Shown here piece after piece: positions 47,118 to 59,146 of a stretch of DNA of 64,000 nucleotides. The translations under genes and the position numbers were made by a program. The first letter of the stretch is position 1. Each line of letters opens with the position of its first letter. Below the pieces are notes generated by a model, which had not been told where the DNA came from, searched no databases, and saw only the letters and a list, made by a program, of their open reading frames with translations. This DNA comes from Calcarisporiella thermophila CBS 279.70 (taxonomy: Eukaryota; Fungi; Calcarisporiellomycota): contig NW_027192206.1 in assembly GCF_041956535.1 (NCBI RefSeq), positions 167,149-231,148 of the forward strand, in the 5' to 3' direction.

Positions 47118-50100
47118 TGTTGAGGGGATACTTAGACGGTACTACTAACGCTTATGCACGCCTATCGAGAAGAAGGCCACCTATATATTACCCTTTGGAA
47201 GGCTATTAAAGCTTCTATGCGAAATAAGAATAGAAATTACACGTAGATACAATTTCTATTTTTGGCATCATTCGAGCGGATAGGGTTGGTTAACAGAGAT
47301 TCACAAAGAATCGTAATTAAAATCATAAAAATGGTTTGGCCAAACAATTCAGATATAAATCTTAAGTATTTTAACAAACTTTGAAAGCTGATCACGCTTA
47401 CGAATATTCACTCCAATGTTCTCATAATTAGTGCATTGGATTTACCTTCGCTTGAGGTTGTTTTCCAAAAATTACCATCAAAACTTTCCCTTCTTCTAGT
47501 AGATTTTTTTTAACATTCTCAAATTTACCTTAATTATGCGATAATACTTCTAAAATAATTTTAAAAGACTCTGCAATTTTTTATAATAACTTCCCCACCC
47601 TTCTTTTATGGGGGGTTGCAGAAATAATTGAGGTAAAAGGGCATTTTACCATGTTGTGAAGGCTATTTCAGACGTGCCAGTGTTTTATTAGATGCCCAAT
47701 ACCTATTAAAAATACTTATCATAACACTTATCATAAAATTCACTCCAAATTCATGTAGTCTGATTAGTTTTTAGTAGTGGCATTATTATCCACTTTGAAT
47801 CCCTTAGTACTATTTCTAAATAAAATAGAGAGGTTTCAAACAGCGTTTGAAGGTAGAAACTTTAAAGAATGAAAAAGGTTTTGCTCGCTGGCATGAGCCC
47901 ATTTTCTTTGAGGCTATCAGCCGTTGCACCTGAACCTCTGACCTATACCAGGAAATCTTCCTATAGTTACAGCTTTCTGTGTATGGATTTATGAACATAA
48001 ACCCTTGAAATAATGATAAAGGAATTCACAGGAGGCTGCCAAGAGAACGGATTGGAATTCCAGGCTTATACCAAACATGTTGGGTACGAGAATGAAGATA
48101 TGATTCCTTGACTCCATTTCTTCTTTTGACCTTCCCCTTCCTTCTCGCACCCTCCCCCAACTCCCATTCACCGATCTAATTCAACTTTATAATCAGAACG
48201 CCCGTTTCATAATCTATCTGCACAGTCCAAGTGACTCAAGCCTCGACATATGCCTTTTGACCCTTGATGTTTTCTATCCCTTCTTCTTAAGATCCAAAGG
48301 CCACCTTGTCATCAATTGATCCTTTGCATTGGTTTTGACTTTCTCATCTCCCACAGAACCGTTATACGCATAAATATTTTCAAATTCTAATCAGAATTCT
48401 CACCGCTATCTAAAGTATAATCAATATTCATTTTCCCTAATAGGTACATGAACCATGACCTTAGGAAATCCGATTGACGGAAATTGTGTTGAAATATTTA
48501 TGTTCAAGAGGTATGGCTCGCGTATTTTAAGCTCGAAAGTCATTTTCATACGTGAGGGAGCTTGACTTAGATTATCCGAATGGGTGGGCCAATTCAGCAG
48601 AGTATCGACATTCTACCCGCGCTTCTAAGCGCCTTCATTATAATCGGCTTGGGCAAATAATAGTGTTTACTGGACCCGCAAAGTACTAATTCAATTTCAT
48701 TATGCACGTAAGCAACAAACTATTTTCTATTGCTAACAGCAACATATACTCTAAATAGAATGCAATATACATGCTTCCAACTCTAATGTCAACTGATTAG
48801 AGCCGTTGTAATAATATTCAATATTCTTTAGGAGAATCATTGATCGCGATTTTCTTTTACTTGCTATTGTACCATAATTACCAAAGAGAACTGCATGTAT
48901 AGTCCAATTGACATCATGTACTGAGCAGGTTCTGTTAACTCGTTAGTCTGTTGTTAAGCAGAATTGCGAAGAGCTCAAAGAGAAGAAAAGGATTCGTATC
49001 CTAGATTTCAAACTGAATTTGCGACTGTGAGGCGGACCGTTCGAAACGGGGAATATCTTCAAAGCGATAGTGCTTATGAATGGAGATGATTTTGCTTTCC
49101 TCTGGTTGAAAGCAAGAGTATTTTGGCTTTTATCATGCATCTAGAGTTACAGTGCTCTCTTTGTCAAGGATTGTCTTGAGATTTTGTTTTCTAAAATCTC
49201 AGTTGGAGAGTTCGACACTTGAAATTTTGACTTATTTCAGGTGTCAAGGATAGCTATTTTATTAAAAATCGAAGTGATTTGCAATTTAGAGTTAACTCAT
49301 ATATTGTGCTGTAATATCAGTCTGACTGAGCAGAAAGGTTTCATGTGACGAGAATTTCATGAAGTTACGGAGATTTAGATAAGTGCTCCTTGACGTGAAT
49401 GAGCTCGCAATGATTCACTATTATGATGTTTGAAGAAAAACAACTCGAATGCGAAATCTATGCGATTTCCAGACTAAATGAGGAAATTTCTAGGTGCATT
49501 TTGTTTGAAACCGGATGCACGCCCAAAATGGTTGTAAACAAGCATGGGAAATTTTTCATATTATTAAAGATGAAACACGATGCTTGACTGGGAATGATGT
49601 AGGAGCCGAATCCTTGAACTATGGGGAAACGATAGGATAGACCGAGTCGGATCAGAGCTGATATAGTCTCTATGATTTGAACGGTTACGGATGCCCAGGA
49701 GATAGGGAAAGAAGAGCCCTTATCGGCCGGCTTGGCCTCTGGCCCAAGGACTTTCTAGGCATTCGTCATCCATTTCGTAATCCTGGGGTGACGACCGGGC
49801 CTGTCACCCTCCCATTTTTAGACGGGGCCAAGATCACACAGTCATTATTAATAAACGCTCAGTCACTTATGCCATTTTAGGTAAATTGCTAGATACTGCA
49901 AAATACGTCGCCCCAATCATGGCGCTCACCGTGGAGACGATTTAGAACCTGTCTCTCCCCGGATTGGTCTGCAGAAGGGGTCGAGCGAAAGGATCGAAAT
50001 TCCCTAGACCAAATATGGCCCGTAGGTTCCCCAATTTCTCCCGTGGAGGTAGTTAAAACGAGAGATAATCGTGCGATTCGCAGTCACAATCGCTAGCAAA

Positions 50101-50301
50101 CAACCGGTGGATAGTGCGGAATATGCGGGATCTCGGATGAACCCTGCTCCGCAGGCCGATTCTGCCACGGATAATTGCCTTGCCAAGTTGTTTTGCTTGG
50201 AATTATTATAAATTAGCGTACCCTATTTTAGAGTCCTTCCCCCTTTTCTCTCCCATTCCGTTTAAAAAGAAAAATAGAAAAATTCACAAACTACTCTAGC
50301 A

Positions 50302-51483
50302 ATGCTACAAGTACAAAACCACAACAGCAATCACCTCCGCATACCGTCATCCAAGTCTCTTGCTACTGACCCTACGTTCGTTAATTCCTCATCCTCTTTA
50401 CCCTATCTCTCCAATGAGCCGACTCGCTACTTCGACAATGAAGATGAGATGCCACCCCGATTTGTGGTGAAGGCTCCCCGCAAACACAGCAAACTCAAAC
50501 GGCCCTCCTCTAAACTACCATCGTACTACGGCAATCAGCTTCGTTCTCACTTTGCCGATCAATTTGGCAACTGGGCTGGTGTGATTGGCAATGGAAGCAG
50601 TGGAACCGTCCGACTTGTGCAGAATGGGGGCGATCTCTTGGCAGTGAAGCACTTTGCGTCTCCCTCACGATCCACCGCGCACAAGAAGAAGTCTCTGTTC
50701 CGCCTCAAGGGTAAAAAGGAGCGGCTTGCCGAATTAGAGGAAGAGCGTGACCTGCGGGAGCGAGCCAAGAAGATCGTCAGCGAACACTGCATCACCTCCA
50801 CTCTTCGCCACCCCAATATCATCCGCTCCGATTCGCTATGGCGGGATGGCGAGGATTACTACATGGTGATGGAGTATGCACCACACGACTTATTTGCCAT
50901 GGCCACCCGTGGCATGTCTCCCGACGAAGTAGCATGCACGTTCCGGCAACTAGTCAACGGAGTTCACTACATGCACCAGATGGGCGTCGCTCATCGAGAC
51001 TTAAAGCTGGAGAACGTGCGAATGTCCGAGGATGGTGAGGTCAAGCTCATTGACTTTGGCAGTGCGGTGGTCGTGCAGCGACACCAGCACCTTGCACCGG
51101 AAATGGCCACCGGATTCTACGGATCCGATGCGTATGTTGCCCCCGAAGTCTTGACAGAGAAATCGTACGACGCTCAGAAAGCGGACATCTGGTCCCTGGG
51201 CGTGATCCTTGTGTGTATGATTCTAAAGAGGTTCCCTTGGAAGGTGGCCGAGTGGAACGACAAGCGGTTCACCGCTTGGGTGCGGGAACTGGAGAGTGGC
51301 GTGGTTGGCGATTTATTGAGTTGTATTCCTGAAGAGGCGCGAGCCGTGACCAAGATGATGTTGGACCCCAATCCCAACACCCGCGCCTCCATAGAAGACG
51401 TGATGGCCGACCCTTGGGTACAAAGCATTCGCGTCTGCGGAGAAGAGGGGGCAGCTCCGCACTCCCACTTTGGCAACGAATAG
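50302..51483 (+). CDS. Ser/Thr protein kinase, HAL/NPR1/HRK1-type, intronless
   Basis: IGNGSSGTVRL, AVK, SEHCITSTLRHPNII, VMEY, GVAHRDLKLEN, LIDFGSAVV, YGSDAYVAPE and CMILKRFPWK. Confidence 0.92.
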   Translation: MLQVQNHNSNHLRIPSSKSLATDPTFVNSSSSLPYLSNEPTRYFDNEDEMPPRFVVKAPRKHSKLKRPSSKLPSYYGNQLRSHFADQFGNWAGVIGNGSSGTVRLVQNGGDLLAVKHFASPSRSTAHKKKSLFRLKGKKERLAELEEERDLRERAKKIVSEHCITSTLRHPNIIRSDSLWRDGEDYYMVMEYAPHDLFAMATRGMSPDEVACTFRQLVNGVHYMHQMGVAHRDLKLENVRMSEDGEVKLIDFGSAVVVQRHQHLAPEMATGFYGSDAYVAPEVLTEKSYDAQKADIWSLGVILVCMILKRFPWKVAEWNDKRFTAWVRELESGVVGDLLSCIPEEARAVTKMMLDPNPNTRASIEDVMADPWVQSIRVCGEEGAAPHSHFGNE

Positions 51484-52066
51484 ATATTAATAGATCAATC
51501 CACTTTTGTTTTTGTTATCTTCCTCCTTGTATATAGTACTCTGATTTTTTTTTGCTATTACATCTATTTATCTCTTAAACCAGTTATCTGCTATTCATCT
51601 CTTGTATCATTGCTTCTTTTGCTATTCTGCTTTGCAATCTATGCTCGATGTTTTATAAGCGATTTTTTATTGATGTTATTGTCTCTTTCTATATTCATTG
51701 TTCACTTTTATCTTAAAATACAATCCACATCCCGCTCCCCTCATCTCCCCCCATATACATTCCTCAACCTTAAACCTCCTAAGAAACAACCGATTAAACC
51801 ATGGTCATAAATATCGTTTATTCTTAAATACTAGAAAATGGAAGGGGCTGCCTCTACGGATGATTCACCCCCCTTCTTTGAGATGGGTGTTCTGGGTTCT
51901 ACATCGAAGTGCGTCTATAGTACAAAGAAAAACAAGGACTGGTCGAGGAAAGGGGAATAAAGAGGAGGAAATAGAAAAAAAAATAAAAGAGAAATTGGAT
52001 AAAGCAAACAAAAAATAAAAAGAATTCGCCCCCGTTGCCCAAAAGAATAAGCGTTGGCTGTCTCAT

Positions 52067-52614
52067 CTACAACTTTGAAAAGACAGCCGCTTCGTATTTG
52101 GTGTGGGTCGCAGTGGCGATCAACTTTCCGGACTCCTTCTCCACTACGTCACAGTCTAGGAAAGCCAGCGATTTGCCAACCCGTCTCACACAGCATTTCA
52201 CGAGCAAAGCAGTGCCCGTGTGGGCACCCGAGATGTAGTTCACGGCTAGATTCGTCGACACCCCGCCCGTTCTGAAAGTTTCCTCTAAAGAAGAAGTGGG
52301 GGGCAAGAGTTCTTGGTGAGACCATCATATTACTTCTCATCCTGGACCAAGCCATTACTTTCAAGCGCCATCACCGCTATGGAGGTACAAATGTCGATGA
52401 GCGTGGCGGTGCACCCGCCGTGCATGATCCCAAAGCTGTTGCTTTCCGCGTCCGACACCGTAAAGTTAAAGACGAGCTCAGGATTGCCCCTTTCATTCGT
52501 CCTCGCAGAGGCGATGGAGAGGCGTGGCAGAAGAGTGATAGCCCAACGGGCATCTTCCAAGTTGTCCCTCAATGCTTCGAGGTACAATTGAGCCGTTTCC
52601 TGATAGGATGCCAT
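52067..52614 (-). CDS. Hotdog-fold acyl-CoA thioesterase (PaaI/ACOT13-like), one intron ~52285-52358
   Basis: NSFGIMHGGCTATLIDICTS, GVSTNLAVNYIS, VGKSLAF and IATATHTKY. Confidence 0.9.
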
Positions 52615-53274
52615 GAGAAAAGCTAATTTGAATTGCCGTCTTTTCTATAACCAAGCAATACAAGTAGGCACCTCCTTTTCCTAAGTTTCATTTGAAAACC
52701 CTTCACGTGAAATTCAATTTGTTGATTTTGGGTGAACTATATATATCTGAGCCGGTCTTCAATTCCCCATGTGACTAGCCCAGGAGAACTGGGAGAGTAT
52801 CCTTGTGAATTGAAGAGAGATTGAACAGTGTGTATCCATGGAGCGGGATCTTAGAAAACCGATGAAATGGTTTGGTAGTCTCGGCTGGAACATACACTGG
52901 CAAAAATAGCAAGAGTGCTTATTCAATCCATAGAGGTTTTTTAGGGAAATGTTGCCCTGTCTGTCAGAGTCTGATGTATTGGTTAGCATAAGTCTACAGA
53001 TACCAGAGTGACATAGACTAAACCCTGAAAATAAAAGAGAGATGAAATATTGAAACTTAAACCTGGAGAAATAATCAATCCAACGACAGCAAAAAGAGGA
53101 TATAATAAAGAAAATTTAAACATAAGAAAAAAAGAAGAGGAATAGGAAATAGAGACGCATCCAAAGGTGAAAGACGAGGCGATGGTATCGTGAAGGGAGT
53201 TTTTACAAGTATATATCAAAATATAAAAGAGAAAGGTTGTGGTTGAACGGGGGCCGCGCCGGAGCACTTCTTCA

Positions 53275-54315
53275 CTAGGAGTTGGAAGAGACGGAAGAGT
53301 TGGTGGAGAATCGGTTTGTCATCGAAAAGCCGTCGAAGCTAAATCTGATTTGGGACAGCCGGCTGATGCGGGGCAGGTAGCTTGGCGTCTTGCGCAGTGG
53401 AGGAGGCTGCTGAAGCCTGAAGCTCTCGCTCCGGTGGTTCAGCAGGGGAGGGGGGTGGGGAGGTTTTCGGGGTGGAGAGATGGGGCCATTCCGAAAGGAG
53501 GCGGAAAAGCGCTGGGGAGAGCTATCGGGGGGCGGTGAGGGGAAAAAGCACTGTGCCACTTCTATCGAGGGAGCGATTTGATGGGGAGGCAAGGGGAGGG
53601 AAACCCTCTCCTTGATCAGCCTTGTCGTGTCAGGGAAAGATTTCCTCACGGTCCCCTCCCTTCTCCCTTCCTCTGCCTTCTCGCCCGTACTTGTCGTCAA
53701 CTTCACCGCAGGAGGGGGGGAAGGATTCGAACTAGGCTGGTCCGGCTGGATAATATTTAGACCCTTCACAGGCTCGAATGGCAGCACTTTCCCTCTCAAG
53801 TAGTACTCGCGTGCGTCGTCCGCTAACAACTGGGCCACCACCAGGATAGCCCCGACCCACAACAGTGCACTCCCGAACGCCGCGCACAGGAGAGCAAGCA
53901 TCGCGGCTCCGACGGGCGGGGCCCACGTCAACACCATGATGATGATAAGGATCCAGAGAAAGGCGAGGAGAACAGAGGCAACGAGCTCTGCCTTGGAACA
54001 TATAAGAGTGCGGGCGAGGAGCCCGCTGAGTCCCCATCGCGAATGCCATGCACGTGCCCCTATTAGGGCGCCCGCGGCCAGCGCGGAGCACACGCCCACG
54101 GCGACTCCCAGCTCTGCTCCAAATGAAGGCGGCTTGTAGGTGAGGGGTGCGCTGGTGGCCTGGGATGCCAAGTGGGTCGAGGCGGAAACGACCCCCACCA
54201 CGGCCAGGAGGAGCTGTCCTGTGCGTAGGCACAGGTTGGCCTGGAGCAATTTTTCGATGCGATGGATACGCCTGAGACGAATGGAAAGGGAGCTGGACCA
54301 ATCTGGTAGAGACAT
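53275..54315 (-). CDS. Four-TM membrane protein (MARVEL-like topology) with Pro/Ser/Arg-rich cytoplasmic tail
   Basis: 346-aa intronless ORF with four hydrophobic segments followed by a disordered tail. The family call rests on topology only. Confidence 0.65.
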   Translation of the reverse strand: MSLPDWSSSLSIRLRRIHRIEKLLQANLCLRTGQLLLAVVGVVSASTHLASQATSAPLTYKPPSFGAELGVAVGVCSALAAGALIGARAWHSRWGLSGLLARTLICSKAELVASVLLAFLWILIIIMVLTWAPPVGAAMLALLCAAFGSALLWVGAILVVAQLLADDAREYYLRGKVLPFEPVKGLNIIQPDQPSSNPSPPPAVKLTTSTGEKAEEGRREGTVRKSFPDTTRLIKERVSLPLPPHQIAPSIEVAQCFFPSPPPDSSPQRFSASFRNGPISPPRKPPHPPPLLNHRSESFRLQQPPPLRKTPSYLPRISRLSQIRFSFDGFSMTNRFSTNSSVSSNS

Positions 54316-55366
54316 TGGTCAATGCCGCTTTCCTAAGCAAAGCGTGTAAGGAGAGGGTAAGGGGTGTCTCGCAGTACCTAGGGAAGGGAGAGAAGATAGG
54401 ATACAGCAATGGGGAGATGGCGATAGAATAGGATGTTTGGCGAAAAAACCAAAAGGCCAAGAGCAGTGGGGAGAGTGGAAGAGATTTATATAGGACGTGC
54501 ACCGAAATAGAATTGAAGAAGGTGCAATAGAGGAGACTTCTATTAAGGTTAATTTTTGGCCATTGCCCTTCATATAGCTGATCTAGGAAACTGGAGCGGG
54601 CGATCCCACTCCAAGGCTGTGCATTGGAATGTAGGAATTCTCCAGTCAGAGAGGGATCCCAATTTTTCTTGAGCCACCCGAGTCTCCAGAGCGAGGCCAT
54701 TTTTGGGCAAAATCAGGCGACACGTGTCTGACAGCGGGACAAGAAAATTAGAGTCGCACTTCTTAGTCCGCCTTATCTTCCCCCAGAATGCTCTATGGCT
54801 CTTGATTTTTTTCCCGATTGTACTTTGCAATGCCACATTCCCTATCAAACAAGCTCCCCCTTACCAACTCGGTTATCAATCGTCGGAGTAAACATTGAGC
54901 GGATCATTTGATCGCGTAGCTTGTATTTTCTTGGGCACCATTCTCTCTTGCTTAACTCTAAGCAAGTAAATAATAGAGCAAAAAAGTCAAAAATTTACGA
55001 AACAAGGCTGCGAAGCGTAAAAGTCGAAAAGAAAACCATGTGCTTGTATTTATTCGTTCGAAGAAAGAGAAGAGATTGCCAAAGGTGAAGGAAGAAAAAA
55101 AAAGTTGGTTAAATGCAGGTTGCAGTAATACATATTGGTGCGAAGAGAAAGGGGGAGGGTGAAGAGAAAAACGCGAAGAAGGGTAGGGAGGATGAATTCC
55201 GAAATCCAAAAAAAAAATATTAACGAAGCTAACTAATTAGGCAAGGAGACGTGAAACACTTTGAATGATGCAGGTAAAAAGAAAAAAATCAAAAGGTTGG
55301 AGGGATATCAATAGGAAATATACAAACAATTTATCAGCCATTCAGCCAAGGAAAAAAAAAGGAGGT

Positions 55367-56409
55367 TCACATCAGAAACAAATCCCCGCGGTGCTCCTCC
55401 AGGAAGCGTTCTATATCGCCGGCCCCAATCCACACGTCGTAATCGAGCGACTGCAGCAACGTGCGCTCCATCAATTGCATCTCCTTGACGGTAAAGACAT
55501 GATCGATCACCGAAACCATGACCTTGTTGTTTGTCAAGAGTGGACGCGGGTCGAGCGGGTCAAGCGGCGGGTCGATGGAGTAGAGGACCTTGGATGCGAT
55601 GAGGATGCTGGCGGTGAATATCTTGTGGCAAAACCCTTCGAGAGCGCAAAGAGGATTGGGAAAAAAGAAAAAAATAGGGCCTCAAGTTAGCGCAAGCAGG
55701 AGGACATAGGAGAAAGCAGAGATGGAGCACCATAGTCGCCGACTGTGTTTTGGGGCAGTTTGCGCTTAAGCCTGTCCACGTAAATGAGGGCGGCCAGCAT
55801 CAAGCACACGTCCACTCGGCCCCGGGTGGTGACGCGATGCATGTACAGCATGAATTCGGGCAAATGCTTGCATGTCTTATAGTACCGCGCCGGGCTGCAT
55901 GGCAGTAGGCCCCAGATCGATTCGGACATGAAGTCTTGTATTAGCAATAAAAGGGTTGAGCTTTGTATGAGAGGGGGTAAGCACTGGGAATCGGACTTAC
56001 TGAGAAGGGTCTCGGGGAGCCGCTTGAATGTGGGGGGAGGGCGCGGGGGACATTTGGCGGTATGCAAGACGGTGGTGGAGGTGGCCAACGGGTAGGAGAT
56101 GGCCTGGTGGGTGGGGGTGTGCGGGGAGAATGAGGTTGGCGAGGTGGTGGCAGAGGGGGAGAGGGGCTCTCTCACCCGCTCCGATTGCTTGTCGATGGAG
56201 TCCAGGGTAAGAGATGCGCTGAGATTCCGAGGGGAAGCCGGGGGTTCGCTGGGAGGGCTAGGGAGAGGGAGCGCAGGGCGAGGAGGGGGATGGGGGCGAG
56301 GGCGAGGCAGGAGAAGAGGAGAAGAAGAGAGACGAGGCTCAAGGCCTAAAGCGTGTTTATTCTTACAATAGCAATAAAATGAAGTAAACAAATCCAAACC
56401 CGCTGACAT
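55367..56409 (-). CDS. Pho80/Pcl-type cyclin with Pro-rich N-terminus, one intron
   Basis: LPEFMLYMHRVTTRGRVDVCLMLAALIYVDRLKRKLP, then CHKIFTASILIASKVL...FTVKEMQLMERTLLQSLDYDV. The start codon is tentative. Confidence 0.85.
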
Positions 56410-56730
56410 TTCTAAAAAGTTTATATAAACGCACGCATTTATGCCTTTTTTTTCTCCTTTCCAAACAACCTGCAAGTGGATCGCATGCAATCACCCTCCC
56501 GCCTCCCAGTTCATTTGATATTTTGCTCAATTTCCTTTTTGCTCGCCTCAGGCCTCTCTGAAACCGAGCCTAGTAGCCGCCAGTGTCTCTGCTGGAGCCC
56601 TCGCCTTCGCCATCCATCGCAATCGATCCCAGCAGGTTTTTTCCTCCAAGCCGGGTCGCTTTTTTTTTTTTTTTCCTCATTGTCCCAGCAGGCTTGCTTC
56701 CCTACTCTCTCCCCCGGCTCGCCTGAGGCC

Positions 56731-56778
56731 CTAACAACAACAACAACAATAACAACACCACTAACAACAACAATAAAC
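56731..56778. repeat. Imperfect (AAC)n microsatellite
   Basis: ctaacaacaacaacaacaataacaacaccactaacaacaacaataaac. Confidence 0.85.
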
Positions 56779-57535
56779 AGCCCAGCCGTCTGTGTATAGA
56801 TTAAATTAAGACCGTTTGGGATAGCGATCGCAGGCCCATTGGCGCAGGAGCGGCGAGTGATAGGGATAAGACTATGCAATCGGAGCCTGCTCCTCTGTTC
56901 CATTTAAATGAGAAGAGAATGGTCCATGGGATCAGATTGGATGGACGCCAATGATGTCGCGAGGTTGGCCGCATGGATGGCATTTCGGGTTCCTATTTCG
57001 ATCCGGCCGCAGCTTCCAAACTCTTTCGCGTATTAACTCCTCCCTATGCACCCAGCCTCCTCTTGCGTCGTGTCATGATGCAACCAGGCTTGGGCCTATC
57101 GAATCTTCCTGAGTTGCAACGACTTGCGTGCCAATGGGCCCGCAAGTGAGGCTGACGCCAGCTCTTCGCCGACGTGCTACAGACTCTGTCCTGCGCATTT
57201 CTCAGGCCACCCATCACGGGGCATTCTCGTAGGCGCTGGCTCGAGGTTACGCCGAGTCTCGTGCTCATATGCCTAAAGTGCTCTGATGCCAATGCATTCA
57301 TTAAAAATTTTTTTTCCCAACGATGCATCATTTCTTTCTATGAGCAAGGTCAAGCTGGAGCGTGCATGAGCCGCCAAGTGCAGATGATTAGAATTGAAGG
57401 TGAAAGTGTCTGAAATGCTTTCTGATACTCTTGATTTCGTACAAGCCACTCACAACACTCCCTTCTGGACGGTGGTGAGTGAGGATCTGTTGCCGATCAA
57501 TTGTCTTTTACCATTAGAAACCGCAAGATCATCCC

Positions 57536-58613
57536 ATGACTACTGCCGCTAGGTAAGTCAGCTTGCCTTTGGAGCATTGATCTCTCTCATTTTCGAGACA
57601 CAACTACACATCGTCTTGCTCGCAACCTATGATTTGTCGCTGACTCTGGTTTCTTGTGATTTCTTCTAGACCTACCTTTGATCCTGCTCGCGGACGGGAC
57701 AGCAAGGCGCCTACCCTCCAACACAGCTCTCGTGATGTGGCTACAAACAAGATTCTGAAATATCGGTAGTTATTATTTTTATTTCCTGGTCCGTAATCTA
57801 TTTTTCCTATACTCGATTCCCTTGATTTCTAGTCAACCTGGCCAGGGAACGACCGATGAAGTCAACAAGGCGAACCTTAAGGAGCGGCTCCTGCGTGCTG
57901 AGCGCGAGCACTTTGAGAAGCGCCGAAAGACGGAAGGCGGATCTCTCTATGTAGAAAAGGATGAGGATGATGCATTGGAAGCAGAAAATGCAGCCCTTCG
58001 CGAGGAGGAAGAGAAAAAGAGGCGATTACTATTGGAGAAGACTGCAGAGTTAGATAGAGACGACTCCGATGAGGAGGAGAGTGATGAGGAGGATAAAAAT
58101 GGTGAGAAGGACGAGGAGGAGGAGGAGGAGGAGGATGACGACGACGACGATGACGATGACGATGAGGATGATACAGCCGAGCTTTTGAGAGAACTGGAGA
58201 AAATAAAGAGAGAGCGTGCCGAGGAAAAGGAGCGCCAGGTAATGAGGAGAGATCTTGCCTGAACGTCTTGGATTGCTTTTTGAATGCTGATTTTGTTTCC
58301 CTTCTATTACTAGGAGCGTGAGAGACAAGAAGAGGAGGAGAGGAAGCGCGAGGAGGAGGCCCTTACTGGGAATCCATTGCTAAATCTCTCAGAGCCTAAG
58401 GACTTTAACATTAAGCGGCGGTAAGAGGATTTGCCTTTTGTTGATCGAATCTGAGACTAATGGTATGAGGTGGGGGTTGTGAATAGGTGGGACGACGACG
58501 TGGTATTCAAAAACCAGGCGCGGGGTGTGGACAACAAGCCAAAGAAGCGATTCATCAACGACATGCTACGCTCCGATTTCCACCGCAAATTCCTCTCAAA
58601 GTATGTCAAATAG
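57536..58613 (+). CDS. CWC15: Spliceosomal NTC-associated protein Cwc15/Cwf15
   Basis: [65 protein letters not shown] and [20 protein letters not shown]. Confidence 0.97.
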
Positions 58614-59146
58614 ATGCCCCGTACATTTCGTATCTATTGGTTGTTTTTCGTCTTTTTGTTGCTGATCTCTGTACATTTGTTTCTCCCTCTTCCTCTTTTT
58701 TTATTCGAATAAATGGATTCGCCAACTTCTTGTTTGCTTGGAATACCTGGGTTTTTGGGTCTTGGCCCTCATTGCTCTATTCGTCATTTTTTTTTCCTTT
58801 ACTCCCTCTTGCATGAGAATGGGAGGCATCCATACAAGTCTCAGACGGTTTTATTAAACAACCTATTCTAGATGAACAACAAAGTCTACTATCTCGTCTA
58901 TTAGATCAGAGGATGTATCGATAAATAGTTGGATGAAGGTGAAGGGTGTCAGCAGGATGGAACGCCTCTCTGTAATATATATATACACAAAGCAATAAAG
59001 GCAATAGAAATAAAAATAATAATAAAAATAAGCGTCAGCATAGAAAAGAAATTCCATTCAACCAACAACAATAAAGGCGAGGGGTATATACAAATACACA
59101 ACAAAAGAAAAGAAGCTTATTTCGAACAAGCCAAAAAAAAAATCCA

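Noticed and set aside
47800-48400. Retroelement remnant
   Set aside because: The sequence looks non-random, but I could not identify any RT, integrase or gag motif.
56800-57500. Structured ncRNA between the cyclin and CWC15
   Set aside because: No tRNA, snRNA or snoRNA motifs that I can recognise. More likely promoter or 5'UTR sequence; a covariance-model search would be needed.
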